A stretch of 64,000 bases of DNA from Convolutriloba macropyga (lineage: Eukaryota). The notes below the pieces were generated by a model. The model had not been told where the DNA came from, searched no databases, and was given only the letters and a program-made list of their open reading frames with translations. This document shows positions 49,454 through 62,659 of this stretch, one piece after another (position 1 is the stretch's first letter; every line of letters begins with the position of its first letter). A program made the position numbers and the translations under genes. The stretch spans positions 66,588,001 through 66,652,000 of the forward strand of contig NC_134471.1 in the NCBI RefSeq assembly GCF_964194025.1, read 5' to 3'.

Positions 49454-49479
49454 TCCGCCGACCCGGACACGAACCAGGG
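49451..49479 (-). tRNA. Reverse-transcribed 3' fragment (positions 48-76, with CCA) of a tRNA-Tyr-like primer; not a tRNA gene
   Basis: The minus strand reads C CCTGG TTCGTGT CCGGG TCGGCGG A CCA: a 5-bp T-stem, 7-nt T-loop, 7-nt acceptor strand, discriminator A and CCA. G72/A73 fit eukaryotic tRNA-Tyr identity. Confidence 0.82.
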
Positions 49480-51388
49480 TCCAAGAAGTTAGTTGAGTTA
49501 TTGAAGTTAGGAGGATTCAAGCTAACAAAAATTATAAGTAACACACCACACTTACTGGATGAAATTGAAAGCAATGATCATTTATGCCAACCTAAAGTGA
49601 TCATAGTTTCTGATGAAGAAGCTTAGTCGTTAGTCGAGGCACGAAGTGCGACGAAAGCAACAAAGTCACGCAACGCTTAGTCCTCAGCTTAGTAGCAAAA
49701 GTCTTCGACCCCATTGGGTTGGTCGCGCCATTCACGGTTACTGTTCGACTATTGTTGAAGGATATTTGGAGACTGAGTGGCCAAAACTGGGACAACATCC
49801 TGCCCATTGAAATGATGAATAGGTTCAAAGTCTGGAGTTCAGATGTGCCTAAATTATGCAACTTAACTATCCCTAGAAGTTTCTTCTCCGCGGCTTTTGA
49901 TCAACTGGAGCTCCACGTTTTCGTAGACAGCTCTCAGGATGTTTTTAGCTCAGTTGCCTTCCTCAGGGCCAGAGTAAAATCAGGAAGTAGTGGACGCAAT
50001 GAAATTGCTTTTGTTCTAGGGAAAGCGAGGGTTGCCCCCATGAAGTGCTTAACAGTTCCTAAACTAGAGTTACAGGCCGCCCTCTTGGCGACACGATTGA
50101 AAGTTGACATAATTAAAGTCCTAACATCTCCTTTGAGCAGAGTCTTTATGTGGACTGATAGCACTACTGTCCTGCAGGGCCTGGGTTCACTTGACAAGCA
50201 ACCTATATTTGTTACTAACAGAGTTTCCGAAATTCTAGAGTCAACAACTGTTGATCAATGGTTCCATGTGCCAACTGCAGACAACCCAGCAGATGCTGGA
50301 ACAAGAAGCATGTCAGCTGAAAACTTAAGAACAATCAGTTGGCTAACAGGGCCAAGCATTTTGCTGACTTCTCACTTCCTTTTTCATCCCAGCACAAGCA
50401 TAAGAGATAGCCTTCAAACAAAACCATCCTTGCACAATTCACAAAAGGGTGTAACTGAGCCAAAAATGGCGTTTGCCGGCAATACAATGCAACCTGAGAA
50501 ATTTTTTGAATTTGATAGGTACAGTTCTTTCAACAAACCAGTTCGAAAGACAGCCTATCTCCTCCGTATACTCCCCAAACATGCTTCATAGCGTACACCA
50601 GACCGCAATTTTTGCAATCCTGATGAACTTCGAGTAGCTGAGGCTAAGCTTCAGTTTCTCATGCAGTTGGAATCTTTCCCAGTTGAACAAAAACTTATTT
50701 TTGATGGTAAACAAATTGACAAGAAGAGTCGCATCGCACCATTCTCGCCCTTCATTGGCCCAAATGCCTTGGTTAGATCAACCGGCTGATTGAAACGTTT
50801 GATCGAGGCGGACTATGACCTCAAACAACCCATTATTTTAGATAGCCGTCATCCTGCAGTAAAATTGTTTCTTTTGAAGGCGCACCTGGAAAACCACCAC
50901 GAAGGTGTTGAATTCTTACGAGCTTTCATCCAGCGCCGTTTTACTATCATTAGGTTTCGTCCCGCTTTGAGGTCAGTAAAACACAATTGTATCTTATGTC
51001 GTAAGCGTAGTGCAGACACAGTGAAGCCAATGATGGCGGATCTACCAGTCGAGCGTCTGTCCTATGATCAAATGCCGACTCAATTTGGAAACGATGGTTG
51101 GATGAGTACATACCGGCTCTGAATCCTCGCAGTAAATGGTCAAAATCCGCTTCAGATGAGCTTAAATCAGGAAATCTGGTATGGCTCGCCGAAGACTCAT
51201 CTCCCCGAGGCCATTTTCCTCTAGGACATATCGAAAAACTTCGCTTTGGTGACGAAGGCTTTGCCCGTTCCGCCGAAATTAGGACTAAGTCCGGTAACTA
51301 TGTCAGACCCGTTGTAGAATTGGTTCCAGGTTTTGGTACACCATTTTTGGGGCGGGAGGATGTTGTGAAAACAAATAAATGTAAGTGA
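49478..51388 (+). pseudogene. Sense Bel/Pao pol segment (RT end, RNase H, integrase with DDE core deleted)
   Basis: ORFs 49719-50591, 50790-51122 and 51098-51388. There is a short deletion at 49621 and a 625-bp deletion at 51066 relative to the 39138-39762 copy. Confidence 0.93.
51349..51360 (+). promoter_or_regulatory. Polypurine tract before LTR2
   Basis: ggggcgggagga lies immediately before TGTT. Confidence 0.8.
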
Positions 51389-51942
51389 GAAATGTAACCG
51401 AGAATTGTATGCAGCGACAAAAGTAAGTGAGTATATTTAAATTGTATTCGTAACAAAATAAGTAACCATAGCAGAGTTAGTATAGCACTGTACTCTCAAT
51501 CTATGGACCGGTGGTTCGAGCCCCCACCATGTCGAACCTTAGGAAGCAAAATCCGTATTCTAATACATGTGCCTTGAGCAACGAACCGTTTGAGAGCGGT
51601 TTTAAGCTAAACTAGCCCGATTTAGACTAAGATGACTTGGATATAAAATTCTTAGACTAACAACAGGCATTGAATGGTTCAACTCTAAGGCCAAAGCAAG
51701 GTCAAATTACGTCACACATGAGCTGAATTGACCTTTATTGGCTCACAAAAGGCTAACAGGTCTTGTCTAGCCTTTTTGCCGCCAGTTTTACTTTAGATGT
51801 CTTATGTATACGTTCGAGGAGGAGTGTTAAGTGTGATCGAATAAGAGCTTATCGTTGAAAATACGTATTGTTATCTTGAATAAAGATGGTTCTATTACCG
51901 TTTTTCTGTAGTTCCAGTCTTAGACGTTATCTAGCTCGAATA
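51361..51942 (+). repeat. LTR2 (582 bp)
   Basis: Direct repeat of 40057-40638; similarity stops after ctcgaata. Confidence 0.93.
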
Positions 51943-52554
51943 TATCTCGGAGATTTCTACATACATACTATACATCTAAAGCTCAGATACAACTTTATAG
52001 CCCATCTATGGCTTCTAGATGTTAGATATCTCAATATATCTGCTCTGAACAATATCTCATAAGGAACCTGCTATAATTTCACGGGACGTTGTGTGCAATT
52101 TTTATTAGCAGCCTCAGCTTCTCAGCTGGCTATGATAGCGCTCATATTTTTTACAATTCAAAGAATTGGATTTGTATTGGGGGGCTGTCTTCTTTTTAAG
52201 TTCTGTTTACACATTTTTCTGATTTTTAAAGCATTTTGAAGCGAAGCTAAAAAGCGAGTGGTTTTACGGCGTGGAAATTTTAGCTCTAATTTTAAAGTAG
52301 AGTGAGAAAATGGTTTTTGAAAAGAATTTCGTTTTCCCGCTAGTACTTTTTTTCTCATGCAGCATTTTGTTTTTGATTGTGTCATTGATGTATTTTAGAA
52401 TCTCTTCTCTTTCACCCCCGGTGTTTTTTATGACCCCCTGTTACAAATTGCATGTTGTTATATAGCACGTTAATATGTAAGAAAATAGCACGTGCGCCTG
52501 GGGGGTCATAAAAAATTGATGTTCACTAAGCTGTGGGGGGGGGCGAAGAGAGTA

Positions 52555-52906
52555 NNNNNNNNNNNNNNNNNNNNNNNNNNNNNNNNNNNNNNNNNNNNNN
52601 NNNNNNNNNNNNNNNNNNNNNNNNNNNNNNNNNNNNNNNNNNNNNNNNNNNNNNNNNNNNNNNNNNNNNNNNNNNNNNNNNNNNNNNNNNNNNNNNNNNN
52701 NNNNNNNNACAAAATTTAGAGTTTTGTGAACGAAATCAANNNNNNNNNNNNNNNNNNNNNNNNNNNNNNNNNNNNNNNNNNNNNNNNNNNNNNNNNNNNN
52801 NNNNNNNNNNNNNNNNNNNNNNNNNNNNNNNNNNNNNNNNNNNNNNNNNNNNNNNNNNNNNNNNNNNNNNNNNNNNNNNNNNNNNNNNNNNNNNNNNNNN
52901 NNNNNN
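52555..52906. other. Assembly gaps (N runs 52555-52708 and 52740-52906)
   Basis: N characters in the sequence. Confidence 0.99.
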
Positions 52907-53120
52907 AAGGGATTAGGTTACTGGGATTATAAGGTTTTCGCGTGGGGTTTTCAGAACAACCCTCTCAAAACTTATACAATGTGATGTAACAGTAGCCTAC
53001 AAAAGATCAGACTAGCGTATTTATCAGATAAAATTGTGATTAGCAAAAGTGACAAAGACTGAAAGTAGTCTGATTTTGCTTTTGGATGAAGAGAAAAAGG
53101 AGATATTTTGAGAAGTACGC

Positions 53121-53195
53121 AGTGTGTGTGGATGTGTGTTTGTGTGAGTGCGTGTGTTTGTGTGTGAGTGTATGTGTGTGCGTGCGTGCGTGTGC
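53121..53195. repeat. Imperfect (TG)n microsatellite
   Basis: Visible directly in the sequence. Confidence 0.9.
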
Positions 53196-53499
53196 GTTGA
53201 GTCATCAGATATCTAAATTCAATAAAACAAACAAGAGAGACCTACAAATTATTAGAGAGTATTCATATTTTAAATCTTAATTGTTTTTTTTTTACAAAAT
53301 AGAAACAAATTTTTCAATAACTTTTATGCGTCGGGATTTCTAGATCTCTGGATATCTTTGAAAGCTTAATTACGATGCATCACTATGAAAGACAAAACAT
53401 AAATCGAGTTATATAGATCTGACAATCATTTTCTTTTATATTTCTACGGTTGTGAAAAAAAGACAATCTATTGTCTTATATATGTATAAATAAACGCAT

Positions 53500-53501
<2 letters not shown>

Positions 53502-53590
<89 letters not shown>
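53502..53590. repeat. Compound (CA)n(TA)n microsatellite
   Basis: Visible directly in the sequence. Confidence 0.97.
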
Positions 53591-53592
<2 letters not shown>

Positions 53593-55239
53593 TATTTATA
53601 TGTACCTTTCGTATCTGTTTACCATTTTATATGTAAATAAATGGAGCCTAAGCTTCGCCGTTTTAACTCGCAACAATGGAATTACTGGTTTTGGTCATTT
53701 TATCATCACACGTCTTTAGAACCTGCACGTATTGGTATTCGACAGAATTGGATAAAGAGCCATAGTGCACCCTTTAGTCATTTCTAATGAAGCGACTGGC
53801 CTTTTTCATATTTTTCCAGTAGATTAGGCAGCAGTTCTTCAACTGCCTGATTTTTAAAAAAAATCCATCCAAAAGAAGACAATTGCAAACGGAGACAATA
53901 AACATTCACAAAATTAGACGAAATCAAAGTAAAGATAAGAGAAGCGCTAGGATACGAGAAAAAACATTTAAAAATGAGTCAAAAAATATTTGAAAAGACT
54001 AAACAAGGTCGGGACTTGACTTCATTCAAGTCGGTATAAAGCGAAAATGAACGCAATCTGCAGATAAGACAAACAAAGAGATGACAAGACAAAAACTCGT
54101 TGGCCGAGATCAGGATCAAAGTTAAGATACTTCTTTAAAGAGATCTGTATAAGTAGAAACCTAGCTGAAAACGGAACTAAAGCAACGAAAACAAAAGAAG
54201 GTCTATACTAAGATAAAGCAAAACGTAGAGGACAAAATAAGTGCGGTCAAGATGAAACAAATTCTACAGAGACAAGATAAGGAAAAAATTGAAAGCTAAG
54301 GTGTCCAACTGGTAATATTAGCCCAGTTGTACTAGCACAGAGATAACTGGCCAGGTGATTCCTCAAAAGGTAGTATGAGATATAAGTCAAATCTCAGCTG
54401 ATTGTTGTTTTTCTTGTACATCAGATGATAAACTAGGTTCCGACAGTGGTTCGACATGTTTTTATTTCTATAAGAGCAACGTTTTGGTTAGCTGGCAATC
54501 ATTTAGTTCAAGAATTGTCCACTGATCAGTTGTTTTTGTCCAGAATCAATTTGTGAGAAAACAAGAAGGTATAGAACTAGTCGACTGGCAGCACCTAAAC
54601 CATTTGGGTAACAGCTTCTATAATCTGTCGCTTTTCCTCTGTTTTCTCCTTCCTCAAAAAGGGAAAACCTAATCACTTTTTTGTAAATTGATGATTTCTG
54701 TCGAAAATGCCCTTGTGGAAAGCATATATGCTACAAGTTGTGCGTATAGATAAGCCTCACTTTGGCAACTTTTTCAGAGCCTATTTTGAGGCTCAGTTTT
54801 AGGGTTTTTTTATCGGACCGACCTATCTCCAAGTAAACTGAAGAAATCGCACAACTAAACTTTGAATAGCTTCAGAAATTTTAACATTTTCAAACAATTG
54901 TTTGTCTAATGAGAGACAATTTTTAACCTTGTATTGTATGGCAATTCGGTGTGATTACTGCCTAAATATCAACTCTCTTCCAGTTTTTGAAGGAACATAG
55001 TTTTTTTAATCTTTAGGACCATCTGAAATCAAACTTGTTTTTCGTAGGTAACGAAAATTAATTCTTGCGTCTCTAAATTTTTTGATGATTATACACTACC
55101 AAATCAGCAATTAATGCAGTCAAACACTTAACAAGCTGAAAATAATTAGAAAGAATGACCATTACAATAAACTAGAAGACTCTTTTCATCTTAACATTTT
55201 CTCCAGGAAAATTGGTTTTTGGTCAACATTTGATTTCTT

Positions 55240-55720
55240 AATGATAGAGAGTATTCATTTTTAAATCATAATTGCTTTTTACACAAAAAAGAAAGCAAAA
55301 CTTTTTGAATTACTTTTGTGCGTCGGTATTTCTAGATCTGTGGTCATCAGTTATCAGAATTCAGTAAAATCAATAGAGATAAACAAATTTTTAGTGAGCA
55401 TTCATTTTTCAAATCACAATTGCTTTTTACACAAAAAAAAAAGAAAACAAAATTTTTGAATTACTTTTGTGCGTCGGGATTTCCAGATCTGTGGTCATCA
55501 GATATCAGATGTCACTTAAAACAATAGAGATAAAGTAAATTTTAATGAGCATTCATTTTTTAAATCACAATTGCTTTTTACACAAAAAAAAAGAAAACAA
55601 AACTTTTTGAATAACTTTTGTGCGTCGGGATTTCTAGATCTGCGATTACTTTTGATAACTCAATTACGAAGCATCACTATGAAAGACAAAATATAAATTG
55701 AGTTACATACATTTGACAAC
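55240..55720. repeat. Tandem repeat of about 150 bp (3 copies) with a dispersed copy at 53200-53430
   Basis: attcattttt..aatca(c/t)aattgctttttacacaaaaaa...ttttgtgcgtcgg.atttc.agatctg recurs. Confidence 0.8.
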
Positions 55721-58700
55721 TATATTTGGTCAAGATTCTAAGGTTGTGAAAAAATGGACAGTCTTAAAGTATATAATGTAATATTTATTATGAGACAATT
55801 CATCTTCGAGAAGAGCCAAATTTTTTCCCCATCTGTTTCTTGCCAGATTGAGTGACTAAGACATCGTTTCGGTCCACAAAGGGCAGCATTCGTGTTGCAA
55901 AAATTCAGCACAATGCCGAGCGAGTTTTGTGTTTTGTAGCAGTTCATGCAAAAATTTTCAACAACTTAACACAATCAGACGTCAAAGTTCTTTATTTTTT
56001 GTGATCTGATGTAGTCCCTAAGTGATTTGATTAATTACCAAGAGTAGTGCAAAATTAGTTTGTGATCATTTTATTCAAATATGTCGTTGTTTATCTCGAT
56101 AACTGTGAAAAACATGTCAATTCTTCATCAACGAAATGAAGACCCAATTGATTGTTTTTACAAAAAAATAAGCCGAGTTGTCTCACGGCGAATAGCACGA
56201 ATTCAACAATAATCTACAAGATCATCCTTGCTGTAAATGAATTTATATATTGGATCTTGTGCAAATAACAAAGAAATTAATAACAAGCAATAAAGTTTAG
56301 CCAATCTGAAGCTGTAATTAAAACTAATTAGTTGTGGCATGAGTAACGGCTTTGTGGAGCCTTTTTTTACTAAAAAGAACAGCAAAAAAACCAATATTTA
56401 GTTCAAAAAATTTAGAGGGTTAACATGAGTTTAAATTTGTTCGATCGGCAAGCAGTAAATCAGAATTCTACTTTTTATTGTTTAGTTATTTGATTGTCCT
56501 CTGTGTGAAGCCATAATTTCGAATAATTTCCACAAAAACAGTAGGTAACTTCTCTGCAACCTCCAAATTATTTTTTGGCTAATTTTTCTTATATACTCCC
56601 CTAATAAAGTATGCTGTATCCTCATATCTCTATGAGACTAAAAATCAACATGAAAGCAATAATTTCAAAAAAATAGCTTCAAGAATTTTATTTTATACCA
56701 TTTTTTTTACATTTTTAACAATTTGGTCAATTTTTAACAAAACCATGGCTTACAGTCCTGGTTTCTCTAATCAAGTGTCTCAGTGATTCAAAAACTGAAC
56801 GTGCAACAGGCTTTTTTGCTGGTACTTTTGGTTGCCTTCTTTGAAAAAAAATGCAAATTTCAAAAAATTCCGATAAGTTTAATTGAAAGTGTCGTTGTAG
56901 TTTTCGGATATTTTGGCTAAAACATTACAAAACAACAATTATTTTGCGAATAGGAATCAAAACTCTTGATAATCTCAAGCATCATCAAATGTAGCTCAAT
57001 TTGCGCCAGATTTATCAATTCGGTTTTTTTAAACCAATTTTCACATTAACAGTAGTATCAAAAATCAATCATAATCTTTATTGTTTACAACTCGACAGTT
57101 TTATGTTCCATTTTGATTTTATATAGGTTTCAATAAAGCCCGAACTGAACTTCAAGCCCTAATCAGTACTGTATCAGAGCTCTGATGATGTCAGTTTTTG
57201 AATTTGGCACGTCCTAAACCAAGTATTAAGTCTTGGCAAGTCGTGAGTCAAATGTTCACAAGTATTGGATCAAGCACAGCACAGTTTTTATTATTGGTTT
57301 GTTTTCATTTGGTAACGAAAGAAGAAGGCCGGCACCTACAGCAGCCTGCCTAAAAAACTCTCCAAGGTGAAGAAGGAAGCATAAGACAACACATACGCAC
57401 TTCCAAAAAGATCACTTCATAGAGAGTTTTAAAAAATTGTGGCGATTGGTCCTGCCCATTGAAAAACATTCGTTTTGGGGTGAATATATGGGACATTTGA
57501 AGTTGTTCAATTCAGAAATAGCTTGGTCAGATTAGCAGACATAGCGTAATTTTTTCGACCAATTTTTGCTAAATTAGAATTGCATTAATTGTAAGTATTT
57601 TTTTAAATCTCTACTTTGCCTAACTGCGCTGTTATCAAGACTTGCAAAGTCTTGGCGAAGACTTGAGAAGTTTTCAAAAATAAGAGGAAAAATGGGCTGA
57701 ATTTTCAATTAATCAATCGGAAAATTTAGCGTAATAAGGATCTGCTGGGTTCTCATCCCGGGAAATTATTGGTTTTCTTCAGTCTCGGAATTAAAACCAC
57801 GTTGATGATTGCTTAGAGAAACAACTTTGGTAAGGAAAAGCGCCAGTGACAAAGTGTGAAAAACAATAACAGCTGGATCTTTTCACACCTTGGATTTTTT
57901 CCATTCGTGCACCTCCCTGCGTTATCCACCCCCGTCTCAAAGCACGTCTTATTACGCTGTAAAACCTCATTTTCAAAAATGGCGCCTGCGTAGGTGATGC
58001 AAATAATAAGCACCCACTAAATGGGGGGCACAAATGGAAAACAATTCAGGAATAGTAACAACAACAACAAAAAAAATAGGATGGGAACCCCCCTCAAGAT
58101 GTCAACATGTGTTCTGATGATAGGATTGGTCCAAATGATGCTCTGTGTCCTTCTATCATCCAGCAGCATCTTGCCTCTGTCTCAAGGTCAGGTTCTGATC
58201 ACAATTGTTGTTAAAAGCAGACACTTATTTTCTCATTGCAAATACATCTGAATCACCTGTCAAGAAATGACATAAAGAGTTTCTTTGCAGTTCTTGTTCC
58301 CATCTAACGCTTTTATTTGCACAAAACTGATATCCATTTCAGTAATTTTCCGGCCGTACAACATTTTGTTTCACCTTATTTACGAATTCATTGTTAAGCT
58401 ATCACCATTTTAGTGATAATTGTTATTTTTGCTATTAGCAATGTGGGTTTACGTCAATTTATCTAATGTGGGTGCAAAAAAGTATGTATGTGACAACATG
58501 ATTTTCTGCGTAGAGTTTGAAATTAAAAAGAATTTTTTTTGAGTTTTGCTTTTTTCGAGGAGTTATTGAGTATGAAAATTTTGTGTGAACACGTGATATT
58601 TGGCATGATTTCGTTCACTTTTGGCGTAAATTTTGTTCAAATTAAATTTTGTTTCAATCAAAATATAATTCAAGATTAGATTTTACGCTACGAAAGAACA

Positions 58701-58899
58701 ATTTTGAGTTGCTAATAGACGAAAGGCAACAAAAGGCTAGTTTTGGTCTGACAAGAAAGTTTACTACAGAAATTTCGAAATTCTACTGGAGAGCTACTTT
58801 TTTTCAAAATTTTTTCACATTTTTTGTTTTTTTTTTGTATAACTTAGAGACTAGTCACTTTTCATATCAAATTTCCGTTAATGTCAAACCTCATTTATA

Positions 58900-61400
58900 G
58901 TCAGATGGGCCCAATTAAACAAGCATTCTTTTAAAGGAATCTCATGTTTTTTATGGCTTAAACTCTGAGTTTTCGTTATTTTTAGTGGAATTTAGACTTT
59001 CTTTTTAGTTTTTGAAAAATGTTGTACTCCAATCGCATAGACTGGTTGACTAAAAGTGCAATAGGCTTTGTAATTAGCATTAAGCGAACCTATCGTGCGC
59101 TTTGAGTGAACAGCTAATGGGTATTAAGACTTTAAAAAAAATAATTTTCTAATTAATTTTCTTCTGAGAACCTGTAGATTAGTCGTGGAGAAGACATTCA
59201 ACTTTTTACAGAATGGTTGCAATGAAAAGTTTTCATTGCCTCGACCCTTTTTTCTCGCAATTTTTACTAAATTTTTGGCTTTTGGCAGTATCTGTCGTTT
59301 TATTTTCATGAGGCCTATGGTAATGACTTTACGATGACCTATGAATGCTAGATATTAGTGTCTTCCAATTTAGGCATCATTAAGCGTGTTTACTAAGTTC
59401 CGTTGAAAGCTCTTGTATTTAATGGCTCTATTACTACGGATTTTCTTAAAAATTTCGTGGTTTTATTAGATTTGCTCATGTTTCTTGAATATTTGAAGTC
59501 ATATTCTTACAATAAAACATTGCCATTCCAAGTGAACCATTGACTTTGTAATTGGCATTAAGTGAACCTGTCGAGTGCTATTAAGACTTTAGAAAAAAAT
59601 TTCTGATTAAACTTTTTTCTGCGAATTTGTAGAATAGTCGCACCAGTAACAGCTGTCCTCTTCTTTCAACTCAATTCAAAATTGACTGGATTGATGTTTT
59701 TATTTGCGTTCTATTGGTTTTATGACTTCGATGTCCCAAGTGTTTATAATTTTTTTTTGAAATTTTAGAAATTTTTCATAATTTCTGTTCTTTTGAAATC
59801 CTATCAATTTATCCATTATTGACAGATCCCACTGTCGTGGAGAAGAAGTTCAATTTATCATAGAAAAAGGTTCAGTAAAAAGTTTTCATGGCTCCGACTC
59901 CTTTATCTCGCAATTTTCTACTGAATTTTTGGCTATTGGCAGTATCTGTTGTTTTAAAGACATAAGGTCTATTGTGATTACTTTCTGATAACTATTAATG
60001 CTAGATATTATTGTCTCCCAATTTAGGCATAATAAAGCGTGTTCACTGATTTCTGTTGAAAGTTCTTGTATGTAATTCCTTCAGTATTACGGATTTTCTT
60101 AAAAATTTCGTGGTTTTATTATATTTGCTCATGTTTGTTGAATTTTTGAAGTCATATTGTTACAAAAAAACAATGTCGTTTCTTTTTTAAAAATTAATTG
60201 AAAATATTTTAAAAAAATTTCACTGATATTTGTCACTTTTCTCTATCAATTTTTTTACCTTTCTCATGTTGCTACTTTTTCTTCTTTTTGGTGGTCGTAG
60301 AAACTGTTCGAAACACCGAGAACAATAATTGAGTAAACACCAACTAGTAACACCAACAATTGAGGATTAAATGAACTTTTTCAATTTAGTCAGTGTACAG
60401 CTAATACTCTTGAGTTTACGGCTAATAATAACATGTTTTTGTTTGTTTTCAAACATTTTGAATTTTAAACATTCCAGTTTTTTTTTTGTCAATATGTAAC
60501 TTTTTGTCAACATTGAGAGGTTACGTCCACCTTTCTGTTATCCAACCATTAACTTATCTGTTGATAGTAAGTCATGACTGTCGCTCTGTTTGTTAGACAA
60601 TATGCGTTTTCAAACAAAGTAGTCAAAATTTGTGCTTTGTGTTTTCGTAAAGCGTTGGTAACTTTTTTGAGTATTTTTTTTTGCTTTTCAGACAAGTTTG
60701 ATGGCTTAGTTTAACAAATGTATGTTCTATTGTTTTCTTAAATAATTTTGGTTTTCTTATCAAGAAATGTTTTGTGAAAAACTTAAGGCTTTTAAGACTT
60801 TTGAAAATATTTGGTTTAAATAATGCTTATGGATTTCTGAACTTCACGTCACTATTTTTTCTTGTTGTCTCATCAGGATCAAGTACCACATGCTTTGTAG
60901 TTACGAAAAGTAATTTTATGTAGTTAAGGTTTTTGTCAGATTGTATTTTGACTTTGTTTCTTGGTGCTTTTAAATTTAGATCTGGAGTTTTTCCCATAAA
61001 AATTGCCTTTTGTTCTAGCTTATTTGGTTGTCTGTTTTTTCTCGTAGTCTCATTAATGATACATTTCGTGAACGCTCCAATGAGGCATGACATTATGTAA
61101 TTCATTGAGTAGTTTGGATGTATAACGATTTTTTTTAACCCAAACGTCTTTTTTTGAACATCTCCTCCTTTGGTTGACAACTAATTCAGAAATGTATATG
61201 AGCTGGGGTCGGAACATTGTGTTTAATCGCAAATTACCAAGCCTCCTTGTTCACAAATTTAAGCTAAAGATCTCAATTTAAAATTAATGATCTTAATTTA
61301 CAAAATAGAAATTTGTTCGAATGTTGTGTCAAAACAAAAATTTATCTTGATATCGAACATGTTTTAAGCATTTTCACGTAACTCAACAGAAGTCCCTCCA
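58900..61400 (-). mobile_element. Decayed L1/Tx1-like LINE relic with internal duplication (59050-59530 vs 59535-60180)
   Basis: A-rich minus strand with a QKGGRNL-like remnant. The block atgctagatatta...ggattttcttaaaaatttcgtggttttatta is duplicated. Confidence 0.4.
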
Positions 61401-61679
61401 AAAAATCTGTTTGAATATCTCGAACTGCTTCGTTGTTCTCAATAGACGGAAGAAGTTCGCAAGAAAGCAGAATCACGTAACCATTAATTCAATTGCACAG
61501 AAGTCAATTGACTGCCGCCAGTATATGAAAACAAGATGATTATAAGTTGGCAGAAAACATTTTCAACTTCAGTTCATTCAGAGATGTTATCAGAAAAAAC
61601 TTGAAGGTTTCTGAATTTTTTTTGTTATGCAGATAATAACTGATATCTATCTAAGCCAACCCCATTTGAGATGTCGAAT

Positions 61680-62390
61680 TATGAAAAGACCGTGATCAAC
61701 CAATATGGGGTATAAAAAGACCGTGGTCGACCAGTGTTAGGCATGAAATGATTTTAGGTCGACCCTAATAGTCTTGGTCGGCTTTAGGTTGACCCCAATG
61801 ATCATGCTCCACTTTAGGTCGACGGATATGATCATGGTCGACTTTAGGTCGACCGATATGGTCATGAACTACTTTAAGTCGACCGATATGGCACTGGTCG
61901 ACCTTGAGTTCTAACTGATGCTTTTTTGCATATAATGTAGTTGCAAGTGTTAATGGTTTTGCTTCAGTTGGCAAAAACTCTTGGCCAAGGACAAAATTTC
62001 TTTTTTAAAAAAACTTTATTCCAGCCAACATATTGTCCTTCTATTTTACATCTTTGAGATGTTTCTAGTGCATTTGATTTTATCTTTGTACATACGGAGT
62101 GCTCAACACTGGGATTTAAAGAACTCATGAACCCCTAAAATTGCACCAAATATTTGGTAAAAAAAGACCTATGAAGTAGACTTTAGGCCGACCGTACTGG
62201 ATATGAAAAGACCAATGGTCGACTTATGAAAAGACTTTAGGTCGACGGTATCATCTATGAACAGACTATGAATCGACCGTTATCCGGGTATGAAAAGACC
62301 CTAGAGTCGACCAATATTGGATATGAAAATACCGTTGGCCGACTTATGAAAAGACTTTAGGTCGACGTTACTACGGGAGTCGACCGTGTA
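61680..62390. repeat. gaaaagac/ggtcgacc subterminal-type repeat clusters (probable non-autonomous DNA transposon)
   Basis: Clusters of ggtcgac at 61680-61905 and 62160-62390. Confidence 0.55.
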
Positions 62391-62659
62391 TTTAAGGTAG
62401 GGAAACTACCCCCCATGTCGACTTTATAATTCTTTTCATAAATTCGACCTCTCAACTGGGGAAAAACTCCACGGGATTCTTGTTCCATCAAACTGCAATT
62501 TTAAGTCAGATTAGTTGTAACTCCAAAAAAGTAGGTTTCTTCGTTTCCCCGTCTCTCAGTTATACCCCACCTCTCTGTCAATTTTTATCGAATTTCCAAA
62601 AGTTTTATATAAGCAAATGTAAAAGAGTACAAGAGAAATTGATGACTAAATTCAATTGT

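Larger units (their letters stand above)
39005..51942 (+). mobile_element. Rearranged Bel/Pao LTR retrotransposon locus (3' fragment + shared LTR + gag-less satellite-bearing fold-back element)
   Basis: Pao RT (FGAKDSPTCA, YYMDD), Pao RNase H/peptidase A17 region (KARVAPMK..TVPKLELQAA, NRVSEI..W.HVP..DNPAD..TR), integrase and C-terminal W..RW..EY domain. Two 582-bp LTRs, two PPTs and a PBS are present. Confidence 0.93.

Noticed and set aside
52492-52932. ORFs containing X runs
   Set aside because: Artefacts of the N gaps.
38290-58260. Second minus-strand gene from acceptor-like sites near 58257 and 38437
   Set aside because: All frames after the 58257 site stop quickly and no recognisable protein is produced, so support is insufficient.
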